Shown piece by piece: positions 8,226 through 17,858 of a stretch of DNA of 64,000 nucleotides. Numbering within the stretch: the stretch's first letter is position 1; every line of letters begins with the position of its first letter. The DNA is from Eubacteriales bacterium OttesenSCG-928-K08 (GTDB taxonomy: Bacteria; Bacillota; Clostridia; Christensenellales; CAG-138). A model generated the notes under the pieces. The model made no database searches, was not told the origin of the DNA, and saw nothing but the letters and a program-made list of their open reading frames with translations. The DNA is taken from positions 29,402-93,401 of the forward strand of contig JAJDHH010000001.1 of assembly GCA_030266105.1 (NCBI GenBank). Direction: 5' to 3'. The translations under genes were made by a program, and so were the position numbers.

Positions 8226-9304
8226 TGAAGATTACGAGCGGCAGGCTCAACAGTGCTCAAAAAGTCGTACTGTATGGCCCTGAGGGTATTGGTAAATCAA
8301 CATTTGCCTCTAAATTTCCTGCCCCTATCTTTATTGATGTTGAGGGCGGCACAAAAAAGCTAGATGTGCAGCGCACTGCACGCCCTACCAGTTGGACCAT
8401 GCTTCTTGATCAGGTGCAATTTTTTAAGACAACATCGCATGAGTATCAAACGCTGATAATTGATACTGCTGACTGGGCAGAGCAACTTTGTGTAGCACAT
8501 GTGTGCGCAAAAGCCGGTAAAAAGGGTATTGAGGATTTTGGATATGGAAAGGGCTACACATATCTGGCCGAAGAGTTTGGTCGATTGCTTAACCAGTTAG
8601 AAGAACTCATTGAGAGCGGCATGCACGTTGTATTAACTGCTCATGCTAAAATCCATAGCTTTGATCAACCCGATGAAATGGGCAGCTATAATCGCTGGGC
8701 ACTAAAGCTTGGCAAACAAACAACGCCGCTGGTAAAGGAATGGGCAGACATGGTTTTGTTCGCCAATTATAAGACTTATGTCGTTAATGTAGATGGTCAA
8801 GGCGCAGATAAAGGGAAAAACAAAGTGCAGGGTGGGAAGCGTGTTATTTATACATCGCACCATCCTTGCTGGGATGCTAAAAACCGAGATGATCTTCCGG
8901 AAGAAATTGACTTGGACTATAACGCAATTGCCCATTGCATCCCAAGCATGCAGAATGTAGCTCCCACGTCCCCTCCAGTTGCATATCCGCCGCCTACCCC
9001 CATTGATGAACTAAACATAGCACCAGTAGCCCCCCCAACTCCTGCACAGTCGGTTACTCCAGAAGTCACTCGCACGCCCGACCCACAACCCAGCTCCATT
9101 CCTCGTGCGCTGCTTGATCTCATGCAAGAGCACGGGGTTCTAGAAACCGAAATTCAAATGGCTGTATCTGGAAAGGGATATTACCCAATGGATACACCTA
9201 TTGAAAAATATGATCCCGCATTTATCGACGGGGTGCTTGTGGGAGCATGGCCGCAAGTGCAAGGAATGATCGCGGAACTGCGCCAAACAACTATTCCGTT
9301 TTAA
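8225..9304 (+). CDS. RecA-fold AAA_24/Sak4-like recombination ATPase
   Basis: VVLYGPEGIGKSTFAS Walker A, IIDTADW Walker B, Pro-rich C-terminal linker. Typical partner of the DUF669 gene. Confidence 0.7.
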   Translation: MKITSGRLNSAQKVVLYGPEGIGKSTFASKFPAPIFIDVEGGTKKLDVQRTARPTSWTMLLDQVQFFKTTSHEYQTLIIDTADWAEQLCVAHVCAKAGKKGIEDFGYGKGYTYLAEEFGRLLNQLEELIESGMHVVLTAHAKIHSFDQPDEMGSYNRWALKLGKQTTPLVKEWADMVLFANYKTYVVNVDGQGADKGKNKVQGGKRVIYTSHHPCWDAKNRDDLPEEIDLDYNAIAHCIPSMQNVAPTSPPVAYPPPTPIDELNIAPVAPPTPAQSVTPEVTRTPDPQPSSIPRALLDLMQEHGVLETEIQMAVSGKGYYPMDTPIEKYDPAFIDGVLVGAWPQVQGMIAELRQTTIPF

Positions 9305-9329
9305 ATAAGTAGAGAGAGGATTTATAAAC

Positions 9330-9782
9330 ATGAGTAATAATCAGGGATATGAATTGAACTGGGATGCAACCATTGAAAATGACGGAACTTTTGAGATCGT
9401 GCCTGCAGGCGACTATGATTTTGAAGTGCTTGGCTTTGAACGGGGACGGCACAATGGCAGCGATAAAATCCCTCCATGCGGGAAAGTCATTATTTCAATT
9501 AGATTGAAATCTGCGACAGCGGAAACTACAATCAATCACAATCTGTTGATGTTTTCCACTTTAGAATGGAAGCTTTGTGAATTTTTCACTGGCATCGGGC
9601 AGCGCAAAAAGGGAGAGAAGTTCCAAATGAATTGGAATAAGGTTGTCGGCGGTCGTGGGCGTTGTAAGGTCAGTATTAGAAAATGGCTGGGGAACAATGG
9701 TCAAGAAATGGAATCCAACCAGATTGATAAATTCTATGAGCCAGAGGAGAACACGCCTGCCTTTCAGCAGGGGGTGTTTTAA
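9330..9782 (+). CDS. DUF669-like phage protein (ssDNA-binding-like position)
   Basis: 150 aa, N-terminus YELNWDATIENDGTFEIVPAGDYDFEV, between the AAA_24 gene and the helicase as in many Firmicutes phages. Confidence 0.55.
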   Translation: MSNNQGYELNWDATIENDGTFEIVPAGDYDFEVLGFERGRHNGSDKIPPCGKVIISIRLKSATAETTINHNLLMFSTLEWKLCEFFTGIGQRKKGEKFQMNWNKVVGGRGRCKVSIRKWLGNNGQEMESNQIDKFYEPEENTPAFQQGVF

Positions 9783-11390
9783 GTGCAGCTAAGGCCATAT
9801 CAGCAAGAGGCAAAAGAGGCCATACTTGCACAATGGTTGCAAGGCATTCAGCGTACGCTTCTGGTTTTGCCCACCGGCACAGGCAAGACTATTGTTTTCT
9901 CAAAGCTAATCGAAGATTGTGTGCGTGACGGAAACAGGGTTTTAGTATTAGCGCATCGTGGGGAGTTATTGGATCAAGCTGCTGATAAGCTCGCGCAAGC
10001 CACCGGCCTTGGATGCGCAATTGAAAAAGCGGAAGAAACCTGTATAGGGAGCTGGTATCGTGTTGTGGTCGGCTCCGTGCAGTCGCTCATGCGTGAAAAA
10101 CGGTTGAAGCGTTTCTCGCCAGATTATTTTGACAATATCATTGTAGATGAAGCGCACCATTGTATCTCGGACAGTTACCAGCGAGTGCTCGCATATTTTA
10201 AAAATGCAAAGGTTCTAGGAGTTACCGCAACCCCTGACCGTGGAGACATGCGTAATCTTGGAGAGTACTTTGAAACACTCGCTTATGAGTATACGTTACC
10301 AAAAGCCATAAAAGAGGGGTTTTTAAGCCCGATTAAGGCATTAACCATCCCGCTTAAACTAGATTTAACAAATGTGGGCATACAGGCTGGTGATTTTCGC
10401 GCAAATGATCTTGGTACTGCGCTTGAACCTTATCTCCATCAAATTGCTGATGAGATGGTTGCGCATTGCAGTGATCGAAAAACTGTTGTTTTTTTACCTC
10501 TGATAAAAACCAGCCAAAAGTTCCGAGATATCTTAAATCAAAAAGGCATGCGAGCCGCAGAAGTTAACGGCGAAAGTCCTGACCGTGCGCAAATACTTTC
10601 TGATTTTGACAAAGGGCGCTATGACGTTTTATGCAACTCCATGCTTTTGACAGAGGGCTGGGACTGTCCATCAGTGGACTGCATTGTCGTGCTAAGGCCT
10701 ACGAAAATTCGCAGTTTATACAGCCAAATGGTGGGACGCGGTACGCGACTATACCCAGATAAGGATCATTTGCTGTTGCTTGATTTTTTATGGCATACCG
10801 AACGGCATGAGCTTTGCCGCCCAGCACACTTAATCTGCGAAAATGAAGATGTCGCTCAAAAAATGACAGAAAACATTGAAGCGGCAGGAATTCCGTTGGA
10901 TATTGAAGAAGCAGAAGCACAGGCGTCTCAGGACGTTGTTTCATCTCGAGAAGAAGCCTTGGCAACAATTCTTCGCGAAATGCGCACTCGTAAGCGCAAA
11001 CTGGTTGATCCTTTGCAATTTGAAATGAGCATTCAGGCAGAGGACCTCGCAAATTACAAGCCTGCTTTCGGATGGGAAGCCGCACCACCTTCTGCTAAGC
11101 AAGTTGAGGCCTTGGAAAAACGCGGCATATTTGCAGGCGAAATCGATAACGCAGGCAAGGCGAGTCTCCTGCTTGATCGACTATATAAGCGGCAATCAGA
11201 AGGATTGACTACACCAAAACAGATCAGGCTTCTTGAGGGAAAGGGCTTTCAGCACGTGGGTGCATGGCAGTTTGACGATGCACGTAAATTGATCGATCGT
11301 ATTGCAGGGAACGGCTGGCGTGTGCCATATGATATCAACCCCATAGAATATAATCCCGCTAAGATGCAACGTTTGGAGGTGATTGAATAA
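9783..11390 (+). CDS. SF2 DEAD/DEAH-box helicase
   Basis: Motif I LPTGTGKT, motif II VDEAHH, motif III TATPDR, motif VI QMVGRGTR. GTG start. Confidence 0.9.
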   Translation: MQLRPYQQEAKEAILAQWLQGIQRTLLVLPTGTGKTIVFSKLIEDCVRDGNRVLVLAHRGELLDQAADKLAQATGLGCAIEKAEETCIGSWYRVVVGSVQSLMREKRLKRFSPDYFDNIIVDEAHHCISDSYQRVLAYFKNAKVLGVTATPDRGDMRNLGEYFETLAYEYTLPKAIKEGFLSPIKALTIPLKLDLTNVGIQAGDFRANDLGTALEPYLHQIADEMVAHCSDRKTVVFLPLIKTSQKFRDILNQKGMRAAEVNGESPDRAQILSDFDKGRYDVLCNSMLLTEGWDCPSVDCIVVLRPTKIRSLYSQMVGRGTRLYPDKDHLLLLDFLWHTERHELCRPAHLICENEDVAQKMTENIEAAGIPLDIEEAEAQASQDVVSSREEALATILREMRTRKRKLVDPLQFEMSIQAEDLANYKPAFGWEAAPPSAKQVEALEKRGIFAGEIDNAGKASLLLDRLYKRQSEGLTTPKQIRLLEGKGFQHVGAWQFDDARKLIDRIAGNGWRVPYDINPIEYNPAKMQRLEVIE

Positions 11391-13618
11391 TGGCAGAAGG
11401 ATATGACATCAGGGAGGTGCTGGAATATCTCGACCCTGCACCGCTACAATACCAAGATTGGATCAATGTCGGCATGGCGCTCAAGGATGCGGGATATACT
11501 GCGTCTGAATGGGATAGCTGGAGCCGACGAGATTTTAGCAGATATAAGCCCGGTGAATGCTTTCGAAAATGGGACGGGTTCCGTGGCGCGGGTACCCCTA
11601 TCACGGTAGGGACAATTGTTCAGCTTGCTCGCGATCAAGGATGGACGCCGCGCAGACAGTCTGCTGATGGATACGAGCTTGATTGGGACGCACAAATCGG
11701 CGGTAGCAATAATGATCTGCGTATTGTAGACGCAGCTTGGGTTGAAGCGAAAGAAGTTGCTGCTCCTGAAACATGGAACCCCTCCAAAGAATTGATTACA
11801 TACCTTGAAATACTTTTTGAGGCATCAGAAAATGTTGGGTATGTAACTGAGAGCTGGGAGAAGGATGGAAAGCATTTTCCCACTAAGGGGTGTTATGATC
11901 GCACTGCCGGGCAACTTATTGAACAGCTAAATAAATGCAATGGTGATATTGGCAGCGTCCTAGGCGATTATAAGCCTGAGGTAGGGGCATGGATTCGTTT
12001 CAATCCAATGGATGGCAAGGGCGCAAAGAACGAAAATGTTACTGATTATAGGTTCGCGCTTGTCGAATCTGATAGCACTAATATTGACCGCCAGAATGCC
12101 ATTATACGCGAGCTGGAGCTTCCTGTGGCTTGCCTTGTGCATAGCGGGAAAAAGAGCTTACACGCTATTGTACGCATCGATGCGACCAGCTATGAGGAAT
12201 ACCGGAAACGTGTTGATTATCTCTATGACGTTTGTAAAAAGAACGGGTTGACGGTAGATACTCAAAACAAGAACCCCTCCCGCTTATCTCGCATGCCTGG
12301 CGTAATGCGCGGCGGAAACAAACAGTTCCTGGTTGATACAAATATCGGCAAAGAGAATTGGAACGAATGGCGGGAATGGATCGAAAGTATCAATGATGAT
12401 CTTCCGGAGCCAGAAAGCCTTACAAGCGTGTGGGACGCCCTGCCTGCGCTATCACCGCCGTTAATCGAAAATGTTTTGCGCCAAGGCCACAAAATGCTTC
12501 TGGCGGGTCCCAGCAAGGCGGGTAAGTCTTATGCCTTGATCGAATTATGTATCGCTATTGCAGAGGGCAGGAAGTGGCTACAATGGCCATGCGCAAGGGG
12601 GCGAGTACTATATGTCAACCTTGAGCTTGATCGTGCCAGCTGCCTGCATCGCTTTAGGGATGTGTATGATGCTCTCAAGTGCACGCCCGCCCACTTAGAC
12701 AACATTGATGTTTGGAATTTGCGCGGAAAGGCTGTACCAATGGATAAGCTTGCGCCTAAACTGATACGCCGCGCAGTTAAGAAAAACTATATCGCAATCA
12801 TAATTGATCCGATTTACAAGGTAATCACAGGCGATGAAAACAGCGCAGATCAAATGGCGAATTTCTGCAATCAATTTGATCGTGTCTGTTCGGAGCTGGG
12901 AGCAGCGGTTGTTTACTGCCACCATCACAGCAAAGGTTCGCAGGGGCAAAAGCGGAGCATGGACAGGGCTTCTGGGTCTGGCGTATTTGCTCGTGATCCT
13001 GATGTTCTGCTGGATTTAATAGAATTGGATGTTACTGATAGTCTGCGTGCGCAGGAGGAAAACAAGGTTGTTAGCGCTGTATGCGCTGCTGCATTAGAAG
13101 CTGAGAGTAAGGCAAATGAAGCATCCCAGGATGATTTGTGCAGCATGCGAGCGATGCTTGAAATATGCAAAGAGCATCTAAGCCCAAGTTCTTTTGCTTC
13201 ACTTATTGCAAAAATAGAGGAAGCTAAAAAACAGGCTGCCCAACGCAGCGCATGGCGCATTGAGGGTACGTTGCGCGAGTTTCCAAAGTTCCCGCCGGTA
13301 AACCTTTGGTTTGATTATCCTGTGCACCATCTGGACGAGGTAGGAAGCCTAAAGGATGTAGATGCTGGTGGCGATATGCCGTTTTATCAAAAGGGCGCTG
13401 ATAAAAATAAAAATCAAGCTAAAAAGCGAAAGCTTACCCGTCGGGAACGGCTCGAAAACGCCATAGCAGTTTGCGAGTTGAACGGTGCTACAACAAAAAA
13501 TGTAGCCGAATATTTAGATGTCGAACCTGTTACAGTTCGTAAATGGATAAAGGAACAAGACGAATTTTTCATTGATAAAAATGATGGATTTATAAAAATG
13601 AAGGGGCAAGCTACATGA
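11390..13618 (+). CDS. DNA primase/helicase (PriCT-like N-terminus, primase core, RepA/AAA_25-like ATPase, C-terminal HTH)
   Basis: N-terminal YQDWINVGMALKDAGY...WDSWSRRD block, Walker A LLAGPSKAGKSY, Walker B IIIDPIYK. Confidence 0.8.
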   Translation: MAEGYDIREVLEYLDPAPLQYQDWINVGMALKDAGYTASEWDSWSRRDFSRYKPGECFRKWDGFRGAGTPITVGTIVQLARDQGWTPRRQSADGYELDWDAQIGGSNNDLRIVDAAWVEAKEVAAPETWNPSKELITYLEILFEASENVGYVTESWEKDGKHFPTKGCYDRTAGQLIEQLNKCNGDIGSVLGDYKPEVGAWIRFNPMDGKGAKNENVTDYRFALVESDSTNIDRQNAIIRELELPVACLVHSGKKSLHAIVRIDATSYEEYRKRVDYLYDVCKKNGLTVDTQNKNPSRLSRMPGVMRGGNKQFLVDTNIGKENWNEWREWIESINDDLPEPESLTSVWDALPALSPPLIENVLRQGHKMLLAGPSKAGKSYALIELCIAIAEGRKWLQWPCARGRVLYVNLELDRASCLHRFRDVYDALKCTPAHLDNIDVWNLRGKAVPMDKLAPKLIRRAVKKNYIAIIIDPIYKVITGDENSADQMANFCNQFDRVCSELGAAVVYCHHHSKGSQGQKRSMDRASGSGVFARDPDVLLDLIELDVTDSLRAQEENKVVSAVCAAALEAESKANEASQDDLCSMRAMLEICKEHLSPSSFASLIAKIEEAKKQAAQRSAWRIEGTLREFPKFPPVNLWFDYPVHHLDEVGSLKDVDAGGDMPFYQKGADKNKNQAKKRKLTRRERLENAIAVCELNGATTKNVAEYLDVEPVTVRKWIKEQDEFFIDKNDGFIKMKGQAT

Positions 13619-13640
13619 TTAACTATGCTATTACCCTGTG

Positions 13641-13809
13641 CTACAAGACTGCAAAACAGTGTCGTAGCGCGCGCTACAAGACTAGTCTTTTATCGCGTAG
13701 CATGCGCTATAAGACTGTAATTATAGTGTCGTAGCGCGCGCTACAAGACTGCGTTTTACTGGTATCGCACGTGCGCTACGCCCCTATATATATATATATA
13801 TATAGGGGG
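13641..13809. other. putative phage replication origin (iterons plus AT-rich palindrome)
   Basis: CTACAAGACT or CTATAAGACT at 13641, 13674, 13707 and 13741 (about 33-bp phasing), followed by CCCC(TA)10GGGGG at 13781-13809. Immediately downstream of the primase/helicase gene. Confidence 0.55.
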
Positions 13810-13944
13810 AACGCTACTATCGTCACGTGTGTGATGGGGATGGGGCTGTAGGGCAAGCCCCCATCTCCCATCTACACCCATGACTGTGACAAGGTAAAAT
13901 TAAAAACAAAACTGCACTTTAACGATTTAACGAGGTAAAGCGAC

Positions 13945-14343
13945 ATGCGGACAGAATTTTTTATCCCGATGATCCCGCCCACAACAACACACCAGCAAAA
14001 GCAAGTAACTGTGCAAAATGGAAAACCACATTTTTATGAACCCGCTGAGCTAAGGGACGCACGTGCGAAGCTTTATGCACACCTTGGAAAGCATGTACCA
14101 AAAAAACAATTTAGGGGAGCGTTGCGGCTTGTTGTCAAGTGGTGCTTCCCGGTCACGGGTCAGCACCAAGACGGCGAATACAAAACTTCTCGACCTGATA
14201 CAGATAATTTGCAAAAGTTGCTCAAGGATGTAATGACCGATCTAGGGTACTGGGCAGATGATGCGCAAGTAGCATCTGAGGTGATTGAAAAGTTTTGGGC
14301 ACAAACTCCCGGGCTGTATGTACATATCTTGGAGATTGTGTGA
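13945..14343 (+). CDS. rusA: RusA-family Holliday junction resolvase
   Basis: 132 aa with the RPDTDNLQKLLKDVMTDLGYWADDAQV acidic catalytic block typical of RusA. Confidence 0.8.
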   Translation: MRTEFFIPMIPPTTTHQQKQVTVQNGKPHFYEPAELRDARAKLYAHLGKHVPKKQFRGALRLVVKWCFPVTGQHQDGEYKTSRPDTDNLQKLLKDVMTDLGYWADDAQVASEVIEKFWAQTPGLYVHILEIV

Positions 14344-14344
14344 T

Positions 14345-14785
14345 ATGGAGCGCCTGCAAGCGTTATATGCTCGTAGAGCAAAAGCAAATGCACTTGGGGT
14401 GAGTGCAATCCGTGCTGCGCAAGAGCTGTATGACAATGTGTGTATGCAGATCGGAGTATTGGAGGTTGAGATGTTTGGACATACCGACATTATGCTGGAG
14501 CTGCTTGAAAATGTGATCCAAGAGGCTATGGAGCTGGATTGGGCTGAGGATGTAGATTGCTATGAAGTCTGTAAACGGCATTATCCTGCGCTCATGCAGG
14601 AGCTTGAGACGATGGAATCCCGACTTACCGCCTTGAATAGTGCGGGTCTGGTCAAAGAGTTTGTGGCTATGCTCCCGCGATACCGAAGTGCATGGAGAGA
14701 ATTATATGGGGTTTCGTTAATGGATGGAGTGTTGGTGGAAAAAATGAACTTTGAAACTTTTTCAGAGGAAACTCCATGGGGGTAA
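14345..14785 (+). CDS. hypothetical protein
   Basis: ATG at 14345 directly follows the RusA stop. 146 aa. Confidence 0.5.
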   Translation: MERLQALYARRAKANALGVSAIRAAQELYDNVCMQIGVLEVEMFGHTDIMLELLENVIQEAMELDWAEDVDCYEVCKRHYPALMQELETMESRLTALNSAGLVKEFVAMLPRYRSAWRELYGVSLMDGVLVEKMNFETFSEETPWG

Positions 14786-14790
14786 ATGCT

Positions 14791-14886
14791 ATGAAAGCCA
14801 TATCTCTATATTCCGGCGGCTGCAATGGCATGGGCATAGCTGCTGAGTGGGCAGGGATTGCGGAGGTGGATAGATGCAGAAAATAG
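14791..14886 (+). pseudogene. 31-codon remnant resembling the N-terminus (motif I) of a DNA cytosine-5 methyltransferase
   Basis: MKAISLYSGGCNGMGIAAEWAGI resembles the xLFSGxGG...AG motif I region of C5-MTases. Terminates at TAG 14884-14886. Confidence 0.3.
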
Positions 14887-15548
14887 CTCGCGTATTTCCA
14901 CGCCGTACAAACGCAACGCCTGATGATGCGCTTACATTTACGACACCGCCACCGCGCTTGATACTACCGGAAATTGACGAGGTGCATGTATCCGTAGCGT
15001 TTACATATGACATACTGCACGCAGAATGGCTGGCAAGGCAATGGGATGCGGTGGGCGTTATAGTCAAAATGGGCGGACCGGCCTATAACGAGCCGGGCGG
15101 CGATTTTGTTCCGGGCATGTATCTAAAATATGGGTATGTGATTACAAGCCGTGGATGTCCGAATAGGTGCTGGTTTTGTAGCGTGCCAAAGCGCGAAGGA
15201 TATAAGCTGCGCGAATTACCGATCACGGAAGGGTATAACGTTCTTGACGATAATCTACTGGCGTGTAGTGAACAGCATATCAGGGACGTGTTCGCAATGC
15301 TGTCACGACAGCAAGAACGCCCGTTGTTTACTGGTGGGCTGGAAGCAAAAATGCTCAAACAGTGGCACGCGGAAGAATTGCGGAAATTGCGTCCCAAGCG
15401 AATGTACTTTGCGTATGATACGCCGGACGATTATGAACCGTTTAAGACGCTTGCAAAACAGATGCACCCTGATGCGGGAGGAACTGACGGAAAGTTTATT
15501 GACCTACAAAACAACGCAAAAAAATGTATTGAGTATTATCAGGATTGA
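14874..15548 (+). CDS. radical SAM domain protein (short form)
   Basis: CPNRCWFC is a CxxxCxxC cluster motif after a roughly 90-aa N-terminal region. 224 aa. Confidence 0.65.
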   Translation: MQKIARVFPRRTNATPDDALTFTTPPPRLILPEIDEVHVSVAFTYDILHAEWLARQWDAVGVIVKMGGPAYNEPGGDFVPGMYLKYGYVITSRGCPNRCWFCSVPKREGYKLRELPITEGYNVLDDNLLACSEQHIRDVFAMLSRQQERPLFTGGLEAKMLKQWHAEELRKLRPKRMYFAYDTPDDYEPFKTLAKQMHPDAGGTDGKFIDLQNNAKKCIEYYQD

Positions 15549-15566
15549 GGAAATGGAGGCATCACT

Positions 15567-16181
15567 ATGACACGTATAGACGAAATCAGAGCGCGGTGCG
15601 ATGCTGCAACGCCGGGGCCGTGGGTATGGCCGGGCGGAGGAGGCCCCGCGAAAAATATTATCGGGAATAAAGATAATCGTCCGGTAATCGTTTTAAGCAG
15701 GTGTAAGGAAGCGGACGCGGAGTTTATGGCCCATTCCCGTGAGGATATACCGTATTTGCTGGGCAAGATCGAGCATCTACAGAAGGAAATAGACCGATAT
15801 GCCCGATGGGTAAACGATCTACAATCCGGCATGTACGTTAATTGCGTATATTGCGGCCACAGATACGGCCCAGCGGACGAGGCGCCGACATCAATGTCGG
15901 CAGCACTCACAGAACATATCGAAAATTGCCCGGAACATCCAATGTCAAAACTGCGCACCGAAAACGCCCTGCTTAGAGCCGAGTGTGAGGCGGCACAAGA
16001 GGCAGCGGATGACGCGATGCGGGAGCGGAATGCGGCGGTGGAGGATTTGCGATACACAAAACTATGCAGACATTGCAAGCACGGAAAGAATCGTGGCCCC
16101 CGAGTGCCACCGTGCGACAAGTGCGCGGATGATGGCAAGCTAAACTGGCAATGGCGCGGCCTACAGGGAGAGGGGGGGTAA
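15567..16181 (+). CDS. hypothetical phage protein (Ea22-like coiled-coil type)
   Basis: RCDAATPGPWVW N-terminal motif common in phage early proteins. 204 aa. Confidence 0.55.
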   Translation: MTRIDEIRARCDAATPGPWVWPGGGGPAKNIIGNKDNRPVIVLSRCKEADAEFMAHSREDIPYLLGKIEHLQKEIDRYARWVNDLQSGMYVNCVYCGHRYGPADEAPTSMSAALTEHIENCPEHPMSKLRTENALLRAECEAAQEAADDAMRERNAAVEDLRYTKLCRHCKHGKNRGPRVPPCDKCADDGKLNWQWRGLQGEGG

Positions 16182-16184
16182 GGA

Positions 16185-16460
16185 ATGACAGCGGCTAATT
16201 ATCTGAAAAAATGTGCAGAAATATGCGACATATACGAACCAGAGGGGTGCGACAACTGCCCTCTTAAAGGAATGATGTCGTGCGGAGTGCCATCATCGAA
16301 AGAGCTACAGGAAAAAGCGTTAAAGATAGTATCCGACTTTAACGCACCACCTCAACCGTATGTTTGCCCTAAATGCAAAACGGGAGGACACCCTCCATTG
16401 GCGACATTTTGTTATTGTTGCGGACAAAAAATTGCGGAGGACACCAATGAACAAGCATAA
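16185..16460 (+). CDS. Cys-rich hypothetical protein
   Basis: 91 aa with CDNCP and CPKCK...CYCC metal-binding-like pairs. Confidence 0.5.
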   Translation: MTAANYLKKCAEICDIYEPEGCDNCPLKGMMSCGVPSSKELQEKALKIVSDFNAPPQPYVCPKCKTGGHPPLATFCYCCGQKIAEDTNEQA

Positions 16461-16929
16461 CTGGTTCAAGTACGGAAACGACTGTATGAAATGTCCGTGT
16501 TCATGGTCTAGTTTCGGCGGAGAGGATTGGGACGGAGGCTGTCACATACGTGATGATGATGATGATATGTGCCTCGTTCCAATAATTATCCGACGATTAC
16601 GGCTACGGCGAGCTAAGTATCTACAAGCGCACGAATATGATGGACTTTACGAATGGCATCAGAAGCAAGAAAAGGGAGATGCCGTAATTTTCGACACATT
16701 TGTGAAAGAGCTGGGCGCATATGAGATATGTCGGAAGGATGAAACCGGCACGTACCGTCCGATGAACACTAAAGAACTATCACGGACATATTTGTATAGC
16801 GTCCGTTATGCTTATGATGATTTTCTATTCATGCCTAAAGAAAGCATCTGGACGCGATGGCGGAGACTTATTGAGGACATGATTGGCGAATGTGTAGAGT
16901 GTATCAAAAGTTTTGCGGTTGGAGGCTAA
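16447..16929 (+). CDS. hypothetical protein
   Basis: ATG at 16447 is preceded by GGAGGA. 160 aa, Cys-rich N-terminus. Confidence 0.5.
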   Translation: MNKHNWFKYGNDCMKCPCSWSSFGGEDWDGGCHIRDDDDDMCLVPIIIRRLRLRRAKYLQAHEYDGLYEWHQKQEKGDAVIFDTFVKELGAYEICRKDETGTYRPMNTKELSRTYLYSVRYAYDDFLFMPKESIWTRWRRLIEDMIGECVECIKSFAVGG

Positions 16930-16971
16930 GAAATTGAAGTCACTAGATCGGGATTGGAGGGAGGAACAAAA

Positions 16972-17232
16972 ATGAACCTTATTCCAGCAATAAAAGAAAT
17001 TAACCGGCAGATATCAGAGGAATGCAAACGGCACAATGAAAAGATAATCGAACTTGAAGCCGCGCTTGCCGCTATCCGTAAGCTCAATACCACGTGTGAA
17101 ACATGTGCGGGTAAAAAAGTAGTTAATAAACCACGTGCCTGTGCTGAGGACGAAAGAGATCAGATTGTTTGCCCGGATTGTCACGGGACGGGCAGAACGG
17201 AGCAGGAGTTGAAATTTTACGAGGGAGGCTAA
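16972..17232 (+). CDS. small protein with DnaJ-type CxxCxGxG zinc finger
   Basis: CETCAGKK...CPDCHGTG. ATG at 16972 is preceded by GGAGGGAGG. Confidence 0.5.
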   Translation: MNLIPAIKEINRQISEECKRHNEKIIELEAALAAIRKLNTTCETCAGKKVVNKPRACAEDERDQIVCPDCHGTGRTEQELKFYEGG

Positions 17233-17237
17233 ACGTT

Positions 17238-17414
17238 ATGGATAAGCTTATGCTGCTGCCCACATGCAACACACACACGGAAATACATGTGCATTACGTG
17301 ATACAAAGCACTAAACAAAAGAACAGCGTTTTTGTGGAGTTTGGTACGACTGTATGCAGTCGGGTTGCTCATTTTCAGCCCTGCTTCCGTCAAAGGGGAG
17401 AGTGGATTTTTTAG
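17238..17414 (+). CDS. small hypothetical protein
   Basis: ATG at 17238 lies 9 nt after GGAGG. 58 aa. Confidence 0.35.
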   Translation: MDKLMLLPTCNTHTEIHVHYVIQSTKQKNSVFVEFGTTVCSRVAHFQPCFRQRGEWIF

Positions 17415-17438
17415 ACGCTATGAAAGGGGCATGCGAGG

Positions 17439-17858
17439 ATGGATAAATTACTGCCCTGCCCGTTTTGCGGAGGTGATGCCTCAATTGAATCTATGAAAAA
17501 CTTTGTCCTATGTTGCGCTAAATGCGAAGCGTACATAACATTTGGAGAAAACGAGTGTATAGCAACAAAAGGTCAGGTTGTAAGCAAGTGGAACCGCCGC
17601 GCCCAGCCTCCGAATGAGCCGTTAACGGTGGATGAGCTGAAAAAGATGCACGACATGCCAGTATATGTTCAAATAATTGACGCTTCACAATTTGCTGATA
17701 AAGAAGATGCAATAAACGGATGGGCTATGGTTCGCTTGTCATGGGCTAGATTATGGGATGCAAGTCGAGCTGACATTGTAAAAATCGACCATGACTTTGA
17801 GGATTACGGCAAAACATGGCTTGCCTACAGGCACAGGCCGGAAGGGAACATATCGTGA
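17439..17858 (+). CDS. Lar-family restriction-alleviation-like protein with C-terminal extension
   Basis: N-terminus MDKLLPCPFCGGDASIES...CAKCEAY matches the Lar CPFCG zinc-ribbon signature. Confidence 0.55.
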   Translation: MDKLLPCPFCGGDASIESMKNFVLCCAKCEAYITFGENECIATKGQVVSKWNRRAQPPNEPLTVDELKKMHDMPVYVQIIDASQFADKEDAINGWAMVRLSWARLWDASRADIVKIDHDFEDYGKTWLAYRHRPEGNIS

